Shown: in pieces, positions 22,011 through 36,807 of the stretch | Numbering within the stretch: the stretch's first letter is position 1 | Layout: the number at the start of each line of letters is the position of its first letter | Origin: the human T2T-CHM13v2.0 reference genome, Homo sapiens | NCBI RefSeq assembly: GCF_009914755.1 | Contig: NC_060927.1 | DNA length: 64,000 nt | Direction: 5' to 3' (one strand) | Program-made: the position numbers and the translations under genes | Notes under the pieces: model-generated | The model's input: only the letters and a program-made list of their open reading frames with translations | The model's database searches: none | Told to the model about the DNA's origin: nothing

Positions 22011-22124
22011 AAAAACAACCTTAATTTCCAGCTGTAGGAGAATGGTTGAATAATTTACGACGCATTCACATATTGTTAATAGCTACCGCTTATTCTGTGC
22101 TTACTGTGCCAGGTATTGCTTTAA

Positions 22125-22450
<326 letters not shown>

Positions 22451-23794
22451 TAGTTAAAATAACTTTATGGGGCAGATACTATTATCCTTACTTTACAGTT
22501 AAGGAAACAGAGCCAGAGAAGTTAAGTAATTTGTCCAAAGTCACCAAGCTAGGAGGTAGAAGAGTCAGGATTCAAACCTGACTTGAGAATCCTCTCAACC
22601 ACGAAACTGTCTCTTGTATAGCCAACCATTAGTACAATAAACCACTAATAATTTGCTGAAGAATGCTTGCTTTGCATGTAATAAGGGCTAAACTGAATGA
22701 CTACATTTATTGTTAAATACACATAGGAAATGCTTATGACATATTTAAATGGGGGAGAAAAGCCGGATATCACTGTACATACATTATAATTTTAACTATA
22801 GAAAGTTGCAGAAAAATGCCCAGGAAGAAAACAGGCCAAATGGTTCAATTCTGTTTGTGGTTGATGGGCTGACAATTTTTCCCCCTTGCTTCTTTAACTT
22901 TGTCTGACTTTTCTGAATTTTCTAAAGCAAATGTTAACTGTAACATCAGAAAAAACACTATTAAAAACATGAGACCTTACGGACGCAGGCTCGGGACAGA
23001 TCACCACCAGGCAGCAAACACTGATCCTCCTCCACTCAAAGAAATTAACTGCAAAGAACTTTCATTGACCAGTGTAACCTCTTGCACAAAACATTGACTA
23101 TCCCTACGATTTATTCTAACTGTCATCCTTAGATCATTAATACATAGGAGGCAATTTCTACTTTGGTTCTGATAGAAGTCTCCCAAGAGAAGCCAATTTC
23201 CTGAATCTTTTTGAGAGAATTTATTATAAGCATCTTTGCTTCCTCAGAGTCCCCGAGCTCTTGTATTCCCTGCCATTATCAGTGTATCTGGTCTCCTGGG
23301 CATAGCTTATGAGTAGATGTTCAATACATGAAAATCATTATTACGAACTGAGATATTTTGCTAAAACATATGTGATTTGGGAACAGAGTCTTGGTTTCTC
23401 CTCGTATCTTCCCAGGGACTTAGGATGGGGTTGGACACAGAAGATAATTGGGTGAAGGGCAGCCTAACTACTCATGTGCCCACATGATATGTATATGTCT
23501 ATTTCTCTGACCTATCCTGATCTCGCCATGCCCATGTTCTACTCTGAGGTTTCTGGAGCCAGCAAGTCACTTCTTGCTGTACTTGGGGCTGTGGGGCCAG
23601 CCATCCTCCCAGTCTTGTGGCTGTGATCCTTTCATGAGACCTGTTTCTAGTTTCCAGCCCCTGCATTCTAGCACTCTTCTTCTCTGCCCCCACTCTGCTT
23701 TATCAGCCCATCTGTGCAGGTCTGCCTCACAGCAATCAGCAGGAGCCATCCCTGTGTGCTTAAATTAGAGATGCTGTTATTCTCTCTCTCTCTC

Positions 23795-23950
23795 TTTTAA
23801 TAAAGAAAAGGAAGTCATTTCTTATAGTTATGGAGGCTGAGGAGTCCAAGGTCAATGGACTGTATCTGGTGAGAGCTTTCATGCAAGTGGGGAGTCTGCA
23901 GAGTTCTATAGTGGCACAGGGCATCACACGGCAAGGGGGCTGAGCATGCT
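23795..23950 (-). mobile_element. MaLR LTR fragment (MLT1A/MST-like)
   Basis: TAGTTATGGAGGCTGAGGAGTCCAAGGTCAA...TCTGGTGAGAGC...GGGCATCACACGGCAAG. Confidence 0.6.
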
Positions 23951-24006
23951 GCTATTTTCTTTCTACTTTTAAACTTGAGTTCTACAGACTTAGTAGACTA
24001 GCTGTG

Positions 24007-24008
<2 letters not shown>

Positions 24009-24060
<52 letters not shown>

Positions 24061-24067
24061 TATATAA
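24009..24067. repeat. (TA)n microsatellite
   Basis: Long TA run with one interruption near the 3' end. Confidence 0.95.
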
Positions 24068-24485
24068 AATCATCCATAAGGCTGGCAGCACTGAAAGCCA
24101 ACATGGTGGGCACAGGCAAACCACAGTTCTTTTAGGCCCCGAACCTATCCTCATATTAGACAACATGTACTGAAGAGGAGACGTGATATGAAGAGGAGAG
24201 CTGTGAGGTTTATTTAAGGAACTTGATGAACATCTGTAGTGGGTGGGGAAGAAAGATTTGGGAGGAAATTTTCAACTGCTTATTGTCTTTTTTTTTTCCC
24301 CTCATGAAACATCACCTCCAATTCAAGAGTGTTATGAACATATTATTTGCAAGTGGATTGTTCTAAATGAAAATTATGTGTATTAATCCGTAAGATGTCT
24401 GAAATGATGACTGAGCAATGCATTACCTAAAAATATTATATATTGGCTAAGGTTGAGGTCAAGGGTTGGGGGAGGGATGGGGAAT

Positions 24486-25189
<704 letters not shown>

Positions 25190-25659
25190 GGAAGCTGTGG
25201 GTGGAGGGCCCAGAACTGAGATACTGTCCAGAGGGAAAGTGGGTATCTGTACTTCTCAAAAAAACCAAAACCAACCTGTCAAGGCAGGGACCCCAGAGAA
25301 AATGGGAGGAGAAGCCTCACATGTATAGACTGGGAGGACAGGATCATCTCCAAAGTAATGCCCCAGCCTCTGCCTCTCACTTATAGGTCAGAGGGTCCTA
25401 AGTGATAAGAGAGAACCTTGGTGGAGGCTGCTCCACAATGGCCCCCATCCTGGAATTTTACCAGGAGCACCCTTGCTTGCCCACTCATCTGTCTCAGACG
25501 CCCAGGAAATTTTTGCACGTGTCATATCATCTGTGCTTATCTCAGTGTTGAGATAACCTTTTCCCTTGTTTTCTCCTTAATTTGGTTTTCCAGTTCTCTG
25601 CAAAAGAGAACTGCGGAGTGGGGACTGGACAACCTCTGAAAGAGTGCCTTCTGCTTTTG

Positions 25660-26057
25660 TGGAGTGCAGTGGCGTGATCTCGGCTCACTGTAAGCTCCGC
25701 CTCCTGGGTTCACACCATTCTCCGGCCTCAGCCTCCTGAGTGGCTGGGACTACAGGCGCCCGTCATCGCGTGCCCGCCTAATTTTGTTTTTGTATTTTTA
25801 GTAGAGATGGAGTTTCACCATGTTAGCCAGGATGGTCTTGATCTCCTGACCTGTGATCCGCCCGCCTCGGCCTCCCAAGGTGCTGGGATTACAGGCGTGA
25901 GCCACCATGCCCAGCCCCGGTTAATTTGTTTTGTGTTTTTAGTAGAGACAAGGTTCCACTGTGCTAGCCAAGATGGTCTTGGTCTCCTGACCTCATGATC
26001 CGCCCGCCTAGGCCTCCCAAAGTGCTGGGATTACAGGCGTGAACCACCGCACCAGGC
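25660..26057 (-). mobile_element. Trimeric Alu (left-left-right), no poly(A)
   Basis: Partial right arm and left arm at 25660-25916, then a second linker and left arm at 25917-26057. Confidence 0.85.
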
Positions 26058-26259
26058 TGTTCTTAGTTCTTAAGTAATGTTGACATATGGGTGATGATGA
26101 AGGAGATGATTAAAGCTTTCAAAGAAAGTGGAAGAATGTGTCAAATTCTCTCTTCACTTCCTAGATGACTTCAGTTTCCTAATCCATAAAATAGGACTAA
26201 GACCATTACTTATCTGATGAAAAGGAGAGACAATGTAATAAATAAGGTGCTTTGAATCC

Positions 26260-26632
26260 TGTATTAGTCCATTGTCACACTACTGAGAAAATTATAAATT
26301 ACCTGAGACTGGGTAATTTATAAACAAAAGAGGTTTAATTGACTCACAGTTCCATATGGCTGGGGAGGCCTCAGGAAACTTATAATCATGGTGGAAGGTG
26401 AAGGGGAAGCAGGGCACATCTTACATGGCGGCAGGTGAGAGAGAGAATGCAGGGGAAATGCCAGACACTTATCAAACAACCAGATCCCGTGAGAGCTCCC
26501 TATCACAAAAACATCATGGGGGAAACCGCCCCCCACGATCCAATCACCTCCCAGGAGGTCCCTCCCCTGACACATGTGGATTACAATTCAAGATGAGATT
26601 TTTGGGTGGGGACACAGAGCCAAACCATGTCA
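26260..26632 (-). mobile_element. THE1D/MSTA-like MaLR solo LTR
   Basis: TGTATTAGTCC...CCTGAGACTGGGTAATTTATAAA...GGGGACACAGAGCCAAACCATGTCA. Confidence 0.88.
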
Positions 26633-28335
26633 GATCTCCAAATGGTAGCTATTATTTAGATGTCCTTTTCTTCTGTCTTGTTACAGTCACTGACACAGTT
26701 CAGGCTCTTATTATATCTCCATTGATGTCAGCTTCCAATCTAGTCTCTTGCATTCTCTGCTTCTGCCATCTATTTTCCAGTGTGGTGCCAGAGGAATCCT
26801 TGTAAAATACAAAGATGCATGTCATGCTACTGCACAGAATCTTTTAATAGCCTCCTTTTTTTTTTTCCCTTTTTCGAATAGGGCCTAAAATCTTCAATGT
26901 AGCATCCTTCCAGAAATAGTCTTCTGAACTTGGCTGCTTCTATTCATTCACGCATACATACATTTTACTGTCAGGAGCACCTTCTATATGCCAAACACTA
27001 AGCTACGTGTTTCACGTAGGTCATTTCACAGGATCCTGAAAACAACGCTTTCCTTAATATCTCCATTTTGCAGAAGAGGAAAGGGAGGCTCACAGGATGT
27101 GGAACTCACCCAAGAAGGCACAGCGAGTTGGTCATAAAGATTTGAATTCACTCTGGCTGGCACTCCCTTCAATTGGAGCTCTTTGTACTGAGCAAAAATG
27201 CCTCAGGGGCAGCAGGGAAGGGAATGACAGTATCAGCAGAAGGGAGCCAGGATCAGGACAGGGAGGAAGCAGTGTTTGGAAGAAGGGTGCTGGGGACAGG
27301 GTGCGGATGTAACTTCCCTTTCCAAGGTTGGTGATGTGGGGTAGGCACCTCATTTGGAGACAGAACTCTGGGCCTGGGCTTCAGGCACTTTAAGTGTGCA
27401 CTGGACTTTGTGTTCCCAGAGGACCCCCAAACCTTCCAGTATCTCCTTCCTTTCCCCTTTCCCACCCAGCACACAGCCTGGTGCCTAGTGTGCACTCAGT
27501 AGACAACTGGGATATGACTATTGCCTCTGGTAGTCACATCCTCTCTTTGGGCTATGGGAGGCTGGACTGGAGGCCTTAAAGGCCCCTTCCGCCCTCCTGT
27601 TGGGCAGTTTTTCTTTCTTAGGGAAATCGCCTTGGGGCTATCGGGGATGGTCAGTACGCAGCTTGGTTAATTCTCTTTCCTTCCCCAGCAGCCCCACCGT
27701 CGTCCGGGTGAAAAGAAAGAACCTCGCTCCCTTCACCATCCAGGCTGAGGCTTCAGTCTTTCAGCCTGCAGCTTGGGGTGGAAGCCTCTGGGTGCAGGGG
27801 TTCGAGGACGCTCCTCTCCTTCTGTATTTGCCATTTGAGAGCGCCCAGTAGGAGTCATGCCTCAATGTTAGGAGGTTAATGCCAAACGCAGTGAAAGATT
27901 TTGTTCTTTCCTATTCTAGATAAGAGCAACACGAGTCTTCGGAGAGGTTAAGCGACTTCCTCAGGGTCTCGCAGTCAGCCGGTAGCAGAGACCGGGTGTA
28001 CAGCACCCGCATGTTAGGACCAAAAGCCGGACACTGCTGGATTGACCCCTCGCGGCCAAGCGGGGAAGAGGCATTTAGGGGTCCTTGCGCAGCCGCGTGG
28101 CCCCTCCCACTCGGCCCTCGATCCACCCTCCTTGAGAGCAGGCAGGATTCTAGCATCACCCAGTGCCTTCATCAGGAGTCTTTAACCCCAAGCCCGCTCG
28201 CTAGCGACCTCCAGGCCGGTTTGGGGCGCGGTGTGGCCGGTGGCGAGAGGTGGAGTGGGGGCGGAGACCGACCCAGTCTTCGCAACTCTATTTGCATACG
28301 GAGGCGACTCGCTTCCTTCCCGCCCCTCCGCCGCG

Positions 28336-28643
28336 CTCTTCTTCCTTCCTTCTCCAGTCCCTTCCACTGTGCGTCTTCTGTCCCCCGTTCTTCCCCAGCG
28401 GACCCCTCTTTCGAGACTCCCTAGTGGGGTCCCCAGCTCCCGGGCGATCCTGCCCTTGCCGAGCGCGTTTTCTGGAGTCACCTGGGGGAGGGGAGTCCTG
28501 GGCAGGGCCGGGCTGGGGAAGACGCCTGGGGCACTGCCCGGCGTTAACAAAGGGAGCCGATACCGACCGGCGTGGGCGCGGAGCGGGCGGCCGCCACCGA
28601 GCGTGCTGAGCAACCGCAGCCTCCGCGGCCGAGAGTGCAGCGA
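28336..28643 (+). other. ST6GAL1: ST6GAL1 first non-coding 5'UTR exon (exon Y); start inferred, donor exact
   Basis: ...GAGAGTGCAGCGA|GTGAGT consensus donor; joining to 61599 gives GTGCAGCGAGCAAGGGGAGAGCC, matching my recollection of ST6GAL1 mRNA; no ATG in the exon. Confidence 0.85.
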
Positions 28644-29187
28644 GTGAGTAGGGGGTGCGGTGGGCGGCGGCGCGGCCCGGGCTATCCCGGGAGGAGTGTG
28701 ATGCAAAGGGGCGCGGGAGGATAGCGGAGGCGCGGGGCCCGCGGCGCGCGTAGGGCGCAGGGAATCTCTCTCCAGCTCCGCCTCAGCTGCCTTGGCTCCG
28801 GGGCTGGCCGCCTTTTGGTTGGGGGTGTGTGCATTTTTGTCAGGGCCAAAGGGCCACCCTGGCTTCTCTCTGGCTCCGCGAGCCTGCGGATCCACAACAA
28901 ACCCACGTGCGCACAGCCCCGGGGAACACGGATTTCTCCACGGCACCGTCAGTATGGGGTGGGGTGGCGGGGGGGCATTGCGCCTTGCAGAGTCTGGGTT
29001 CCTTCAAATCCTGCCTTCTGGGTTTACGGATCGACAAATTGAGGCCCGCGGCAGCGGAGGGGGCACAGGCACCATAACAAACGCACGTGCGCCCTGCCCG
29101 GAGAGCTGGACGCACTGCATACCCTTAGGGGCCGCCCTGCGGTGCCAGGCCATTGTCTCAGCCTCGGGGGAGGGAGTGGCTCTAGAG

Positions 29188-29201
29188 GCGCCACTTGCTG
29201 G
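29188..29201 (-). promoter_or_regulatory. Candidate CTCF site
   Basis: CCAGCAAGTGGCGC, one mismatch to CCASYAGRKGGCRS. Confidence 0.5.
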
Positions 29202-30788
29202 AAGAGGGCGAGAGAGACATTTAAAAGGTACCGCTTGGGCATCAGACTAAACTGCCAGACTTAAAAAGGGAAACCAAAACAAGAAAGCAGCTACAAAAAG
29301 GTTACTCCAGGCTGAGTCGGTCCCCGGCCGTGGCGCATTCTTTTGGGTGAAGTGGACCACCCCTCACCTTCACCTCCTGGAGGTCTCTTAGAGATGTGGG
29401 TTGGGTTAAGGGTCTAAGGGTGCCCCTCAAAAAAAGAGAGTGCTGGGTGCACTATTGTCCCCGCACTCCGGCGATTGCCTCTGTGGGGATATTTTGGTCG
29501 CCTCCTCAGCCTGCGGGAAGAATGTACGAGTCGCCCAGTGCGGTCTTGCTCTTTGCCTCTGAGGCCCGTGTCCGTGTGCCCAGACACCCCAGATGTCACT
29601 AGCCCCTTTTGGCTTGTTAATGCATTTTCGCAAGCAAGGCCAGCCGAGACCTCGTATTCTAGCTGGGGACGTACAATTTTCAGTTCTGAGTTTATTTGAA
29701 AGAAATTCCGAGGTCCGGAAAAAGAGAACTCTTGTTTGTTTTGCTTTTTCTTTGCTTACATATGCTCAGCTCAGCTTTGCAGATGTTAATCGGACACGAT
29801 CTGCAGCGGGGAGATGGTTTCGCGGTGAATTGGTCTCTGAGGCGATGGTGTTGGTGCAGGTTGTGGGCGTGCAGTGTGAGCAGGAATGGAGGCGCCGCCG
29901 CCCCAGTGTGTGCCTGCTGAGCGGGCGGGCTGCTGCCTCACCTTGGCTAGTGTGGCTGAAGATTAACCTGTCCCCGGGGGGGAACTGGAGAGCCTCCAAT
30001 CCTATTCCGCTGTTATTGAAAAGGTCTAGAGAGCATCTAGGGAGCCTTCTCATTTTACAGGCAGGAAGCTGAGGCCGGAGAGTTCAGCCACTTGTCCAAG
30101 TTTAAACCGGGTGAAACGGGCCACAGAGAGAACACTTGAGTGTGGGTCTCCCAACTCCCACTGCATCGCTCAGCGGGCAACTAAAGGCAAAACCGGGATT
30201 CTGTGATTGGCCTAAAAGGCAGTGGCCTTAGGCAGAATAGGGTGAAACAAAGAGTAATTCAAATAGAAAGCTGCACCCTTCCATTATCCCTTTCAAGAAT
30301 TCTTTATTCTGTTGAGAAAAAATAGATTTAGTAATTCCTTACTCTCCTTCAAGCCTTTCAAAAGCTTAGTTATTTTTCTCTCCTGGCTGCCCCTTCCCCT
30401 CAAATTGGAATAAGGCCAGCTACGGAGACTCAGATGTTTTGCCTCTCATCCTTGTGCCAGGAGGCCTTTGTTTGGGCAAAAGCATGGGCTGTTGACATCA
30501 GCCCCACGGGGAAGAAAGTGTGTCTTAGCAAGCTACTCCTGAGCCACTTGTGGGAGAACAAAGCATTGTTTTCACTGATCTTATTAAAGTTACTTTTTTT
30601 TAACGAGAGTCCCATGGAAGTAGCTGCTTATTTTTGTATTTGGCAGAGAAGTAGGAAAACCAAAAAAACACTGAGAAGCCGGATTTCCCCAAAGTTAACA
30701 TGTTGTTTTGCACTGTGCCTGTTATCTCCTAGTTACACTTGTTTCTTTTCCTTAGAGTTTCCAGCGTGTTTCACTTTCAATGTGATTC

Positions 30789-31391
30789 TGGTAGCAACAG
30801 GAGGCAGCTGGATGCCTAGGCAGATAGGGTCGGGTACCCGGTGAAACCCCCACCTCCAGGCCAAAGACAGTTTAAAGCCTGAAAGCCAAGCTACGAGTTA
30901 AATCCTCAGACCAGAGTGAGAACTTGTTTGGCGTGCTTTCCCCTAATTGATTCCTACATTTCGCCTGTTTTACATATACCCACTTTTTCCTAATTGGTTT
31001 TCTACGCTGCCGTGCCCACCTTTGAGTGGTGTCTTTGCTTTCATCTTTTTTGCATACTCACAAACCGGTCAGCATGCACTCCCTATTCTGAGTCCATAAA
31101 AGGCCCCTGACCCAGCCACATTGGGGAACTTTTCCGTCTTCAGGTAGGGGACCAACCCGGTGTCCCCTCTCTGCTGAAAGCTGTTTTCAACACTCAATAA
31201 AATTCTTATCTGCCTTCCTCTCCCTTCAATGTCCAGTGTATCCTCATTATCCTTTGGTGTGGTGCACGAGCTCGGAACCACCGAATGCGGGTACAAGCTA
31301 TAATACAGTGAGCTGGGACACACCTGCATGGCCGAGCGAGCACAGGTGGGGCATTGCTGGCCCGAGGACCAAGAAGAAAAATCCTACATCA
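30789..31391 (+). mobile_element. ERV1 solo LTR, LTR9-like (603 bp)
   Basis: TG...CA ends; exact 4-bp TSD ATTC (30785-30788 and 31392-31395); CATAAAA at 31095-31101; AATAAA at 31196-31201; resembles recalled LTR9 consensus. Confidence 0.85.
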
Positions 31392-32085
31392 ATTCCTCTT
31401 GGCACTGCAGTATAGTTTTCTCACCAGGACGCTGACCCTGTAAGGAACTTCAGAAATCATGTGACTGGACCCTTTTACTTTCCAGATGGGAAAAGTGAGG
31501 CCTAGAGAAGAGAAATTGCTTGCCCAATGATACACAACAATGCGTGGTCTACTTTTAGTGCACCTTTTTGCGTAAAAGGGAAATGGTTGCATCAAACCAG
31601 TAGTTGTTGGTACTCCAGAGAAAAGCCAAAGTTATGGTTGTTATAACAACACCCTTTAAGTCAGAGAACCAATTCCTTATGGATTTAAATAGGTTTGGTT
31701 ATTAAGCAAAGCCAGGGATCCCAGTAGTAGGTATGCTGAATAGTGCAGTTATCTCTGGGGATCAGCTTTCTTTAGTGTTTGCTGAACGGTTCACTTTACT
31801 CTTGTGCTGGGTTCCTCCATGTCTCTGTCTTGTGCTTCCCCATTTAGGGGCTGCTTTGTATGAAATCATAAGGCAAGAGGCAGTGAGAAGACAGAAGAGA
31901 GAGGCGCCACTTAGCTGTTCATGCTACTTAACCTCTTGGGCTCCAGTTTCCTTCTTTGTACAGTGAGGGTTCTCCTTGCCCAGTCTCTGCACAGGCTGTT
32001 CCAGCGGAGCGGAAGATGCTCAGGCCATAGGAGGGGTTTGGGGTCATCTTCCTGTCTCTAGTATTACTTTAAAACCAGCAGGCTG

Positions 32086-32424
<339 letters not shown>

Positions 32425-32527
32425 AAAACCAGCAGGCTGCCTCTGCGTTGTGTAAAGTGAGGGGAGTAAGGCGTATGAATCTCCTGGGGTTGTTGAGGGC
32501 ATTAAGTCACATGATGCATTCTTATGA

Positions 32528-33546
<1,019 letters not shown>

Positions 33547-34496
33547 ACCAGCTTTTAAAGTGGTAGGGAATGTTAGTGGGAGAATGACCCCGTAGGGTAA
33601 GCTCATGTGCTCAGATTAGAAGACCTCACCTGTCACAAAGAGGTGTAAAGCAAGGCCTGCCAAACTATCAAGGGAGGCTTTGAGCAGTTGTGAAGTTTGT
33701 GTGACTCTAAGGTGACTAGAACTAGTAAAAAAAAAAAGAAAAAAACCCAGAACCTTCACACATAAGTGAGTAATATCTCAAGTCATTCTATTTATGTATT
33801 CTGTATTTACCGACAAACAGGTGGTGGGAGTGGAGGGGGTCTTGTGCTTAGCCTGGGATTACAAAGAGCATGGAGACCCACCCATTCTTTGTCCGAGGGA
33901 AGTCCAGCCTAGCTCCACCACCCTTGCTTAAAACACTTTTGGCTCTCCCTTAGAAATTGCCCTCAGGAGCTCAGAGAAAATTGATCTAATTTGTCTCAGT
34001 ATTGACCTCTGGGGTCCCCTTCTCTTCATGAATAAAGGGAAGAGCAGGTGGTAAATGACAGAATACAAGAGGGAAGGCTTCAGAGAAAATCTGGCCCTCC
34101 ATAAATATGAGGACATGGTTGCATTAAAAATATACAGGAATAATTCATTAATGAAATTCACAGTAATTGTTCTGGACCATTAGATTCCTGAGAATTTAGA
34201 CAGGGAATTAGTTGCTCTGATGTAGTATCAGTGATTTGTTCCATAAGAACTGAATTAGAGGCAAATGAATTTTTTCTTGCTTGTCTGCAGAAAACTATAC
34301 GATGGCAGTCTGACTCCTATAGATGTATTTTTGATAGGCTTATATGTAACAGTAGCATTGAGCAGTACAGTTTCACCATATTAAAATACTGAGATGATTT
34401 TCTAAGTAATTATTACACCAGAAAGGTCAGGTTAGCCTTCAGAATCAATGTAGTGATTTAAATTTTATTTATTCTGATTATAAAAATAAAGCTAGG

Positions 34497-34806
<310 letters not shown>

Positions 34807-35581
34807 CTTGACCATTGAGGATAATTTGGAAAGTACTGTACAAAAAAACATAGAGAAACAGAAAAAAATTCCGCTATCCAAAGGCAACCCCTCTTAACAG
34901 TTGGCAATTTTCCTTCTTCTTTTTTTTTTAAATGGATATATTTTTTGTAAATGGTTGAGAACATACTGTATGTGCAGTTATGTCTCTTGCCTTCTTGCTT
35001 AACCTTCCCATATATACATTTCATGGTTAACATTGCATTAAAGCTGTATTCTTTCATTCGTCACCCATATCAGCTGTTCGGCGTCTCCAAGGATGTGTGG
35101 GCCCCTGGGATCTGATCATTTCAGTGAGGGCCTATAAAATTTCAGGAGCCTCCAACTGCCTCTGCCTTTCCCACCATTGCCTCAGGTGTTCAGCCATCAC
35201 CCGTCGGTTCTTTAGAAGTCTACAGGTACTGACAGTACAGTGGGGAGAGAAGAGGCCTGCACATGGCCTTGAGTTCCAGTCTGCCCTTGTGACCTTCAAA
35301 AACTTAACTTTAATACCCCAGTCTTCAACGTCTGCATATGTTAAATGAGCAACTCCAAGGTCACTTATTAATTTATTCACCACATATTTGAGTGCCCACT
35401 CTAAACCAAAGACAAATAAGAAGAGCTTAGTTTTTTAGAAGCTCATAGTTCAAAGGAGGAGGCAGGGGTAACAAGAGATTAGTGCAGGATGCCGTGCGAC
35501 CTTGAGGAGGGAGTCACCAATGACTGGAGCAGTGGGAATGGCCTCCTGCATGAGGCCACACTGGACAGCCAACCACATCTA

Positions 35582-35940
<359 letters not shown>

Positions 35941-36807
35941 TCATGAAGAAATCTCTGTTCATTTTCCAGATGATTCCCATAGGGTAGTCCTAAAGTTGAA
36001 ATTACTGGGTTATACTTTAAAGGGTATGACCATTTTTAAAACTTCATGGATTTAGTTCAATTACCTATAAAGTCTTAAAGTAGCTAAATATATATTGTGG
36101 GAATGGGAAAAACTAACAGCGCAAGCAAGTCGGGATTTGCTTTCTTGCCCACTATGTATCGCCTATGTAGACTTGGACAAGCTACTTAAGCTTACTAAGC
36201 TTCAATTTCCTTCTCTGTAAAATGGGGATAACAGACCTTATCTCATAGGGTGATTATGAGCATTAGATGAAATCGTGGGTGAAAGGCTCAGTACAGTGCC
36301 AGGTATACAAGAAGCATTCAGTTAAGTAATAGCTGTTATTGTTATAACTGAGGTTTTCACAAGCCGCACACTTTTGCTCCTGATATTTTTTCTTACCATG
36401 ACAGCAGGCCATTGTTTGGTTTTCTGTGCTGAGGGAAGCAGAAAGTTAATTAAAATGGAAACCCCCACCAAGTGACAAGTTGAGAGAGAAAAATGATCGT
36501 TCACATGATGCATAAAAAAAGAATAAAAGGTCTTTTTTATTAGGGAAAATTTCAAACATACAAAAGCACAAAGAAGAGTGTAAGGAACCCTATATCATAT
36601 CCCTTGGCTTCAACTATGACTGAAACGCATGGCTGATCCGTAACCCCATGGTCAACCCCAGATTACGTGCAAGTACATCCCAGACATCTTATCAGCCGAG
36701 CCATAGCTATTTCAGTCACATGATACATATTTGAGGCACTGAGTTGTGCTGGCTAAGAGCCTGCCTCTGCTGTCGCAGTCATGGGACTGTGTGTGTGTAT
36801 GTGTGTG

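Larger units (their letters stand above)
27940..29930. promoter_or_regulatory. ST6GAL1: CpG island, ST6GAL1 P3 (YZ-form) promoter
   Basis: GC- and CpG-dense, repeat-free; GC boxes at 28257-28266 and 28319-28326; octamer ATTTGCAT at 28290-28297; SOX-type AACAAAG at 28546-28552; no obvious TATA box. Confidence 0.88.

Noticed and set aside
28590-28601. Perfect Kozak GCCGCCACC in exon Y
   Set aside because: Followed by GAG, which is not a near-cognate start codon; expected by chance in GC-rich DNA
28182-28946. 254-aa minus-strand ORF and other overlapping ORFs in the CpG island
   Set aside because: Low-complexity P/A/R/G-rich translations typical of stop-poor GC-rich DNA; open in several frames on both strands; no recognisable domain
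31900-31917. AGAGGCGCCACTTAGCTG resembling the CTCF-like site at 29184-29200
   Set aside because: Lies at the start of a MIR-like segment and has an extra base that breaks the motif
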